Of a stretch of 64,000 nt of DNA, positions 54,828-64,000 are shown piece after piece (within the stretch, counting starts at the first letter, position 1; every line of letters starts with the position of its first letter). A program made the translations under genes and the position numbers. A model generated the notes under the pieces. The model did no database searches. It worked only from the letters and a program-made list of their open reading frames with translations, and was not told the DNA's origin. Location: the sequence record MK250027.1, one strand, 5' to 3'.

Positions 54828-56831
54828 TCAAAGACCTGCAACATCTACACAGAATGTAAGATATTGTGTTTCTGGATAGAAACCAGCGTCTACAAGAGCA
54901 TATCTTGATTTTATCATAAGCTTAGGACTCATTGTACCTTCTGCAATAATCTGAACTGATTCAGCCATTACATATGGACAGAAGTGAACACCTGGTTCAT
55001 CCTTGCCACCCTTACGACCAACAAGTACACGGTTATCAGAACCACCCATAAGAGGGTCAACATAGATTGTCAAACCGAACATACCACCGATTGGATAAAG
55101 TGAACCGCCATTCTGAGAAATAGTGTTAGCAACAGGTGAGAATGTATAGTTAGCGTTACTCTGAAGGAGTGTAGCGATTGTGATGTTAGTTACAGCGAAT
55201 GTAGCTGCACCATAACGACCTCTCTGAAGAATCCAGTTAGAAGCAGCCAAGAAGTTAACAGCAAGTCTCTTAAGAAGAGTATCACGGTTTTCGAAAGCTG
55301 CGCCAGAAGGAATATACATTGGCTTGTATGGAAGAGCAACATTTACATAGCTCTTATAAGCAACACCAGTTGCATCATTCATATCTGACTGAGGAATTGC
55401 AAGAGCAGGAGTCATACGAACACCAGAAGTTGCAGTATAAGAAGGATCGAAGCTAAGATTCAAGTTAGCTGCAGGACCTTCAACCTCAACAAGTTTGTAA
55501 TGGTTCTTCCAACCAAGAGCGAACAAACGAGATGTGATGTGACGGTTAATAGTTGCAGAAAGCTCGTTGATACCAGCATTCTCTACCATCTTGATAACAT
55601 CGATACCCCATTGTTTCTGAAGGTCTGTTACCTGTTCCTGTGTTACAGCGCAACCCACCATAATTGTACCAACCTGTACGTTCTTTGTGAACAACTGAAG
55701 TGAAAGTTGACGAGCCATTGTTTGCTCACCAGTACCACGACTCATTGGTTCATAAAGTGTTGTACCATCCTGATATGTACCATACCAAGCGTCACGATCA
55801 CGCTCACCAGCACCTGTGAAACCTTGAATTTGATCCTCAAGCATTGAGATAAGACGAGGAGCGTGAAGTGTAAGAACTACATTTACTTCCTCAGAAGAAC
55901 CAACTGGAGTATAAACTGCAGTAAAATCAAGTGAACCACCATTGAAATATGCACCAAGTGACTGTGTACCAGAAACCACCTTGAACATAGGATCACCATC
56001 GATACGAGACCAACCAATGAACTCAACTACAAGTTCGTTAGAAGCACCTACATGTGGATGAGAAGAATCGAAATCTACAAAATCAGATGCAGATACAAGT
56101 GTTGTACCAGCAGGCATTGCAGAAGCACCCTTCAACATACGCTTAATCTGTGCAGGAGACAACTTAACAGCAGTAGAAGAATCTGTTGTAGAACCATCAG
56201 CAACAGTAGCCTCACCAGGAGCAATAGAAGCCTTGAATGAATGAGGAAGACCATACATCTCGAAAGGAGCGTTAGTCTGAGAGTTAGCCTGAGGATTCTG
56301 TGTACGAGCTGAATAAGCAGGAGTAGCACCATAAGGTTGCTTTGAACCTGAATATACATAATCCATATAAGGAAGAACACCGGTAGGACCATCAAGTGGA
56401 GTTGTGTTTACAAGTTCGAAACCGATAGTCTTAGCAGCGACCTTAAGAGCAAGAGGTAACAAAGTAGGATACTTGTCACCAGAACCAAGGTTCTTGTTAT
56501 CAGCGTAGTCAGCGCCAGTCAAAGCAGGTTTGCCAGCAGGAACTGGATCACCAACACCGAGTGTATTATAAAGGTTGTTATATGGTTGATATGTACCACC
56601 GAACTGTGAATATGCGTTAGATGGCATTACGAATGCATCCTCATTCAACTTTGCTGTATTATGTGCAAGCTGAGACATCCAAGCAAGTTTATCAGCATCT
56701 TCAACACCTGTGATTTTCTTAATAGTAGGTGCCCATGATTCATAGATAGCTTTGTCGCTATTCTTAGCAGTTGCACGATTTACATATGATTCGTAAGCCT
56801 ATGCAACAGACTTATTACTTTTTACTTTCAT
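54828..56831 (-). CDS. major capsid protein, T4 gp23-like (667 aa with TAG at codon 11)
   Basis: PLDGPTGVLPYMDYVY, TIYVDP, FCPYV, EGTMSPKLMIKSRYAL; ATG 56831 MKVKSNKSVA(TAG)AYES is in frame with track ORF 56678. Confidence 0.9.
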
Positions 56832-57265
56832 ATTAAAATTTTGTTTATTAATTTTTTGTTAAATTTTATATTGAATTTCTTAAAATATTTATCTAAGTTA
56901 TTTTTATTAATATTTACGTTTTAATTTGATAATTTAATAACTTATAATATTTATTCAATATAATAATGGATATAAAATAAAAATATCCGTATTAAAGTTT
57001 AACTCAGATTACTTTTTACAAATTATTTATATAATTAAATCACTATATTAAAATTTTGATTTATATATAATTACACTTTTTGTTTTCTAAGTATACTTTA
57101 TTAAAATCTGTTCTTTAAATATAACCATTTTAATTTGGTATGGTTAATTCAGTAGAATTGATTATTATAATTAATTTATTAAGTATTCTGTTATTTAAAT
57201 TATTTATCTAATTATTTATCTATATTAAATTTAGTTAAAATTAAATTTAGTATATTTTAATTAGA

Positions 57266-57538
57266 TTATTTATTATTTTGTGTTTGCTGTTTTTCTTCTT
57301 GTTTCAACATATTATATGCTTTCATAAATTCTATAGTATCATTAGAAAGCTTTGTATTTAACTTTTGATGTATATCTTTTACTTCTACACGTATATCATC
57401 TATAGAATCACGCATAGCAGGTTTAGTTATACAAATATCCCAAATAATAGATCCCAATACAAATATAATAATTAGGATAGAACCTATACAACTAAATGAA
57501 TTATAACATTTTTGAGTTGTCTAATTAGCATTTATCAT
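57266..57538 (-). CDS. TAG-recoded single-TM protein (90 aa, TAG at codon 6)
   Basis: Extends track ORF 57266-57457; TM IGSILIIIFVLGSIIWDICI then coiled coil. Confidence 0.65.
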
Positions 57539-57596
57539 TTTTCATTAAAGTTATTATTTTTAATATATTTTCTCCCACTGTAATAACTTCTTTTAA

Positions 57597-58121
57597 TTAT
57601 TTATCTTCTATTTTTAAAGTATCTTCTATTGCTTTATATTTTGTTAACTTATTGCATTTATCTAATGCTTTTTTATATTTTTCAGTAAAGAACTTATATG
57701 TATAATCATTTCGTTCTTTCATTGAATATAAATCTTGAAGAATAGGATCATTTGGGTGATTCTATGAAATAAATCTATACATTAAATCAATTTCAAGCTA
57801 TGTTGTATTATAAGCATGATGTAATACTTCTTCTTCAATATTTATTACATCTAAAATATAATATATATCATCTGCATAATCATCTTTTGTTACTGCAGTA
57901 TTTACTATTTCATTTAAATCTTTAACTTCTGTATGTAATTCTTGGATTTCATTATTATATATTTTTGAATAACTAAAATATATAACACCCAATAAAATAA
58001 CAATACCCAATAAATTTCTTAATACTTTAGGAATTTTAAATAAGGAATCAATGAATTCTTTTATTGCTTCTTGATCCCCTACTTTCTTAAAAAAATAGGA
58101 TAAAATCTAAAATATATACAT
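57597..58121 (-). CDS. TAG-recoded single-TM protein (174 aa, 3 TAG)
   Basis: ATG 58121, TAG at codon 5, TM LLGIVILLGVIYFSY, ends TAA 57597. Confidence 0.7.
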
Positions 58122-58180
58122 TTGTATTTTTAAGTAATTAATATTATTTTAATATTTATTTCGATAGATATGTATAAAAA

Positions 58181-58223
58181 GAAAAGGGATATAAACGTTC
58201 AACTTCTACGTTTATATCCCTTA
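58181..58223 (-). terminator. intrinsic terminator after the TROVE-like gene
   Basis: AAGGGATATAAACGT / ACGTTTATATCCCTT. Confidence 0.8.
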
Positions 58224-58249
58224 ATATATATTAGCGCTTTTAAAATAGG

Positions 58250-59635
58250 TTATTTATTTATCGCAACTGAATACTCATCAATAAGAGCATCCAAAAACTT
58301 TTGTCCATTAAATCCAACCTTAAGAAACTTAAGTAACATTGGTGAATATCCAGACATATAAATATTTCCATAATTATCTGTTTCTGGTACTGTAGTATTT
58401 CTTGAATTAAAATTCCACCAAACAATATGAGTATTCATATTATTCTTTTTAAAAATATCCATCATCTCATCTTTTGTTTGATTACTACCACAATCCATTT
58501 CCATATCAGATAATACAATAATCCATTCTGGTGCATTCTCTTTATCAAGATTCTTCAATGCTTCACATACAGCAGCAAAATCTGTATTTGAACAATCACC
58601 TGTATACATAGATTGAATCTCTCTCATATATTGTGAAGTTTCCGTAATCTTCTGTGTTTTTGTAACAGAAGTTCTCCAATAATATTCTTGATATGTATTT
58701 TCAATACCAAGTTTCAATAACTGCGGATGACTTGAAAAACTCAATACAGTATCAGGTGCATAAGATGAACATTTAGCAAGATAATGACCTACTGCATAAG
58801 CCTTACCCATACTATCATTAGAATCATGCATAGATCCTGATGTATCTACTACTGGAATCCAACTTCCTGAAATCTTTTCAATTTTACTAAAGAAAAGATC
58901 TGGATCAATCTTCTCACGATTCTTGTAAATATCATATACATTAGTAGTAGAAATCTTCAATTCTGCTTTACCAGAGCGTACATCTTCCTGATATTTAGCA
59001 AATCTTTCCTTTGTATCGTCACCTGTTGCAAAACGGTTAAAATACTTAATCATCGCAAGTGAAGGCACTTGTTCAAACTTAATAGCTTCTGTATTATGTC
59101 TTGAAAGTTTCTGCTCTGTTGTATCAGATTTAATGAAATGTCCATATGTCTGTTTATTCATTCTAAACTGCTTTGCAATCTTACGAGCAAGCATAAGGTT
59201 CTTAGATGAATATCGTGGCATCCACTTCTTACAAAGTTCATTACCATTACGAATTTCCTTATACAAATATTCACACATATTTGCAAAGGCGTCATCTGGC
59301 ATAGTCTCCCAACCAATAAACAAGTCATCATATCGGCCAGCTTTAACAACCATATCTGGTGTTACATCAGTCATCAACATAAGTCTGCGTCCAAGTTCAC
59401 GTCTACCCAAACCAAATCTAGGATCTCGCATCATCATAGCAAACAGTTTCTCTCTATCTGATTTTCCAATCATAGGAATCTCATCAAGATGCTTACTATA
59501 ATACTCAGACATAAACAAAATATCCAACATAGGATTCATTGTTGTACTATATGCCTTGTCACCATTCTCTGTAGTCTTTAATGCAAAAATCTCTTCAAGT
59601 TTCATAAAATTATTCATTTTAATTTTGTTATTCAA
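58250..59635 (-). CDS. TROVE/Ro60-related vWA protein (DUF2828-like, 461 aa)
   Basis: TTENG, DPRFGLGRR, GRYDDL, KKWMPR, VPSLAM, VDTSGSM (MIDAS), VLSDMEMD, IVWWN, SGYS. Confidence 0.82.
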   Translation of the reverse strand: MNNKIKMNNFMKLEEIFALKTTENGDKAYSTTMNPMLDILFMSEYYSKHLDEIPMIGKSDREKLFAMMMRDPRFGLGRRELGRRLMLMTDVTPDMVVKAGRYDDLFIGWETMPDDAFANMCEYLYKEIRNGNELCKKWMPRYSSKNLMLARKIAKQFRMNKQTYGHFIKSDTTEQKLSRHNTEAIKFEQVPSLAMIKYFNRFATGDDTKERFAKYQEDVRSGKAELKISTTNVYDIYKNREKIDPDLFFSKIEKISGSWIPVVDTSGSMHDSNDSMGKAYAVGHYLAKCSSYAPDTVLSFSSHPQLLKLGIENTYQEYYWRTSVTKTQKITETSQYMREIQSMYTGDCSNTDFAAVCEALKNLDKENAPEWIIVLSDMEMDCGSNQTKDEMMDIFKKNNMNTHIVWWNFNSRNTTVPETDNYGNIYMSGYSPMLLKFLKVGFNGQKFLDALIDEYSVAINK

Positions 59636-59718
59636 AAGTCATTAATTTAATTAATTATCCAAAAATTATTAAAATAAAAAGTTGCGGTATTAACTTTCAT
59701 ATTAATAACAAAAAATTC

Positions 59719-59786
59719 AAGAGTCTTGTTGTTACCTATCAATCATAAAATATAGTCTAATAAAATAGTTTGCTGTATTGACTCTC
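59719..59786 (-). ncRNA. small stem-closed RNA/leader upstream of the TROVE-like gene
   Basis: GAGAGTC/GACTCTT stem, internal AATACAGCAAAC, followed by a T run on the minus strand. Confidence 0.35.
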
Positions 59787-59832
59787 ATTATTATGTATAT
59801 AATGATAAATTAAAAATGTCTATTATCTATCA

Positions 59833-60378
59833 TTATTTTTTCTTTATTAAATGTCCATGTGATATACACCACATCATTAAATCATATATGAGCGTTATAA
59901 GTTCATCTCCTTCTAGTACAGGATCTTTAAACTCATATTTCTTTAATTTTATATGTTTATATATACCTTTTGTCTCTAATGGTTTATACATTACTTTATA
60001 CATATAATCAATATCATTGTTTGTATCTTTTCTTTTAATTATATGTAATTTTAATGCATGATAATTTTTTGTTGTTTCTACATTAACAGCATTATATTCA
60101 TTATCACAATATATAGTAGATGGTAATAATTCTATTAGTTGGTCTAATGTAAAACTTTTATAAGACATCTTTGCACTTAACCTATAATTACCATTACTGA
60201 ATCTTAATTCATTATAAGAACTTGTATTTGCATTATCTAATATTATATCAAATTCATATGGTGAATTTGTTCCACATGTATATTGGTAATAAAGGTGAAC
60301 ATGCTTATATTTCGGCATATACCCACCATATATTTCATTTAATTTTACTTGTTCATCTGCTAATAACCAATTTCTCAT
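59833..60378 (-). CDS. hypothetical protein (181 aa)
   Basis: ORF track. Confidence 0.75.
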   Translation of the reverse strand: MRNWLLADEQVKLNEIYGGYMPKYKHVHLYYQYTCGTNSPYEFDIILDNANTSSYNELRFSNGNYRLSAKMSYKSFTLDQLIELLPSTIYCDNEYNAVNVETTKNYHALKLHIIKRKDTNNDIDYMYKVMYKPLETKGIYKHIKLKKYEFKDPVLEGDELITLIYDLMMWCISHGHLIKKK

Positions 60379-60477
60379 ATCTTAAAAATTATTAAAATAA
60401 AAAGAGTAGATAAATGATTTATTATCAAATACCTACTCTTTATATTATTTAGAATATAATTAAAAGTCTAGTTTAAA

Positions 60478-63400
60478 TTAAACTAAAATTCTTATTGCAT
60501 GCTTTGGTAACTATGTTAATTTACCACCTACTGTACAATCAACTAATCCTGTATCATCTGTTGTATCAACATATGATTTTGGATTAACTTTTATTTTACG
60601 TAATGGTTCATCATTTTCAGAAGCAATAACAGCATTTATCCAATCTTCAACAGGAATGTCTATATTGTCTTTATGCCATGTTTCTTCATTACCATCAACA
60701 TAAACTCTTACATCATCTACGCCTTCTAGAATATCTTTAAGATTTGCCTTGAATCTTTTACCATTTAATGTATTAGTTAAAACTTGTGAGTCTACAACTA
60801 TATTGCATTCAACAGTTTTACCATTCAAATCATTCATCTTTTCTGCTTTAGGATTTTCTGGTGTTTTATTCAAGTTATTCTTATCGAATTCAAATTGATC
60901 TGGCGTATTGTCAATGTCTTTGAATTGAGACGGATCTGGTTTAATCTCATTTGAAGTTACATCAATAGTTTTACCATTTTTTGTAATCTTCAACTTTTGT
61001 TTATCACCAGTTTCTTCTTCAACTGCATATACAGTCCATGGTTCATTCTTATAAAGAATCTTATCATTTACCTCATATTCAATAATTGCGCCTTCCTCTA
61101 AGAAAGGATTTTTCTTTTGTTTTTCAGTTACAAGATTAACATTAGGAAGTTTTGGTTTCACTGCTTCATTTTCATCCTGTTGTGGATCTAATGCTCCAAC
61201 TAAACCGTCTTTCTTTTGTTTATCTTCGATTTCCTATTTAAAATCGTTATCTTCTTGCGTACCATATTTAGCATCATTTGCAGCTTTTGAATTATCAAGA
61301 TCATTATCAGCGTCAACCTTTGTTGAACGTTTAATCTTACAATTCTCATTTATATACTTATTATTAGCGTCATATGATTTCCCTGTTAATGCGCTGAATA
61401 TAGAAGAAACAACAAACATACAATCATCAGTATCAGTTATATTATAAGATGTAAGTTGTTCACCCTTATCTGAATAATCAACTTTTAAAGACTCTATTGT
61501 TTGTCCAGGAACTTCATCTTTGAAATCTTCTAATATTTGATAAAATTCTTTTGCATCCCTGTAATAAATATCTGCACCAATTTGATATATTGCATATGAT
61601 TCAGAATCACCATCATACTCTTCTGATATTACGAAATACTTTACAGTATCTGAATCTTCACCATAAGAATCAATATCTGTAACAATTATATTATGTTCAT
61701 CATTAATTGCTTTTTCTGCAGACTTTATTGCTTTATCATGCATTTTACCTAATGTATCAAAATCTGTTTCTTCATTATAATCTTCTATTGGATCATTACC
61801 TTTAGAATCGGATGTAGAAATCTCGTTTGTGGTACTTCCATCAATTATCTCTTCTGTGAGAGGAGCACCTTTCTAATCCTTTGATTTAGAAGCCTTGATG
61901 GTAGCTTCATTTAAGAAAAAACTTTTACCTGCTTTATTTTTGAATACAGGTGTAATCTTGATAGATTTATGTTCTTTTAAAGGTTTCTTATCAGTTTTTA
62001 CTACTTTCTTTTCTGGTATCTCTGTACCATCAGCGGAAGGTGCTGGTAATTCAATCTCAGTATTACCTGATTTATATGTTGGAATAATTACATCTTCATC
62101 GTCTGAATCTTCATCGTCTGAATCTTCATCGTCTGAATCAGCATCATCTACTTCCTTCATATTAAAACCAAAAGTATCATCGTCATCAGAATCATCTTCA
62201 TTTGATTCTTCATCATCTTCCATTTTACTTAAAGGATAATCCCACTCCCAATCATCATCGTCATCATCAGAATCAAGTTTCTGTGAAAATACATCACGGT
62301 CTTCATCATTACCGTCTCTTAAATATGCATCTTCCCAATCTTCATCATTGTCATCATCTGAACCACGTAAAGCGGCAATTGTTGGACCAACTTCCTCATT
62401 TGCAGGTTCAGCAGTATCACAAATAGATGTATAATCAGGATGTCCCTTAATTGCGTCGATAACAGCGGCATAAAGTTCATTAGTCATAGGTTCGTTATCA
62501 AGAATAGGATTATTGTTATCATCAAGATAGAATTCTATAGTCTTGTTCTCTACATACTTCTTACCTGTGCCATCAATCATAGGAACGATTACGATAACAG
62601 AACCTGATTTTTCTTTCTTACCTTCCTTAACATTCTCATCAAACATTACATCTGCAATCTTATAAGAGAATTTAGGTTGGTATGCATCTTCTTTTTCTTC
62701 TTCCTCTGTTTTAGGTGTATTCTCTGGATTTTCTTCAACATCCGTATTTGTTCCAAGAGGATCTTCTGTATCGCCACCAAATACATCTGTAGCTTCGTCA
62801 CCTGGTTCAGCAACTTCATCATCAGACGTTTCATCATCTGTACCCATATCAACAGTTGTCATACCTGTATTTTCAGGTTCATCCTCATCAGAAGTGTCAC
62901 CAATAGTATCATCTTCAGAATTCATTTCATCATTATCTTCATCAGAAATTGTATCATCTTCTGTTTCTTCTGGTTCGAAAATATCGTCATCGTCCTCTGA
63001 ATCAATTGAAGAATTATTATCGTCATCGAAACTTACTTCCTTAAATGCTTCTTCATCATCTTGATCATTATCATCATCAGAAGTAAACATATCTTCATCT
63101 GAATCTTCATCATCTGAATCCTCAAAATCTGGTTCATCTTCTGTTTCATCATTATCAGCATCTATTGCATCTGCGGCAGCATCATCAAAACCAGTACCAT
63201 CTTCCTCTGAATCTTCATCATCAGAATCACTACCTAAGAACTTAGCGAATTCATCATCAGATACTCTATCATCAGATTCATCAGACTCCTCATCACTAAA
63301 GTTATCAGTTGCTTCAGAATCTCCATTTTCTCCACTTAACGGTTGTGAAAGTTCATCTTTATTCGCGTCAACTTCATCATCAGACATTGGTTCATTTGGT

Positions 63401-63999
63401 TTTTCCTTAGTTACAGAACCATCATTTGTATCATCATCTGTATCTTCTGTATCCGCTTCTGAATCAGTATCTTCATCATCTGAATGATCTTCGCCTGTTG
63501 CATCATCTGCTTGTTTTTGCCATTCTTTATATTCAGCTTTAATATCATCAAGTTTCTCTTCTGCGTCAGAAATAGCTTTCTCAAGTTTCTCTTTATTTTC
63601 ATCAGAAGCAGACTCAAGAGCCTTATTAAGTTTATCAATCATATCTTCATATTTCTCGATAGAATCTTCATATTGATTCTTTGTCTCATTAAGTTTAAGA
63701 ATGATCTTATCTTGAGATGGAAGCAAATCACTAAACAATGAAGATACATTAATACCCATATGTTCATTCAACTTATTCTTGCAGAAAATAGGATTTACAT
63801 TTCTATAGAATGTATGTTGTCCAATAGCATCGTTATGAGTTGCAATGAAAATATTTTGGTCAAGTCTAAACAAATCCGCATTAATATTATTATTCTCATT
63901 AAGAGTTACATGCTTTGCCCAATCAATCTTTGCGATATTATTAAAGTTCTCCAAAAGGCATGAACACATAATATAGAAGTTTGTATCGTAATCATCATA
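60478..63999 (-). CDS. giant acidic TAG-recoded protein, N-terminus outside the window (>1173 aa, 3 TAG); candidate head core/scaffold protein
   Basis: Track ORFs 61873-63969, 61234-61743 and 60511-61161 are in one frame joined by TAGs; long D/E-rich tract, coiled coil, several LxE motifs. Confidence 0.8.
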
Positions 64000-64000
64000 C

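Noticed and set aside
56832-57265. AT-rich 430-bp intergenic region as origin or ncRNA
   Set aside because: Only weak hairpins and a late-promoter match; no iterons.
62090-62140. 15-bp tandem repeat as CRISPR or mobile repeat
   Set aside because: It encodes DSDDE within the acidic protein and has no spacers; no CRISPR array was seen in the window.
1353-63963. Many short antisense or overlapping ORFs in the track (e.g. 1353, 2255, 3400, 8972, 23966, 30623, 61895)
   Set aside because: They shadow longer genes, especially TAG-recoded ones, and show no motifs.

Overview
Very AT-rich (my estimate ~25% GC) 64-kb segment of a T4-like jumbo phage genome that reads TAG as a sense codon, most likely Gln (genetic code 15). 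About 18 genes are broken in the standard-code ORF track but become continuous when TAG is read through, and every gene stop I checked was TAA or TGA. Code 15, nine Bacteroidetes-type TAnnTTTG promoters and Bacteroidetes-like genes (FolD, TonB receptor, DUF4407) fit a Lak-like Prevotella megaphage; this is inference, no database search was run. Content: two topoisomerase II subunits, gp23-like major capsid protein, giant acidic core-like protein, FolD, NadR+PnuC, a TonB-dependent receptor, two PRTases, a radical SAM protein, a TROVE/vWA protein, three homing-endonuclease-like genes, a 1334-aa Ig/Flg_new-repeat protein and a 1.4-kb ORF-free island of structured and tRNA-like RNAs. The most striking element is a restriction-modification-like operon (SF2 helicase, Mrr-like nuclease, split adenine methyltransferase). 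Its methyltransferase C-terminus faces a silent, inverted alternative copy, and the two share three nested perfect inverted repeats (72, 76, 44 bp). This is a candidate invertible specificity switch carried by a phage.
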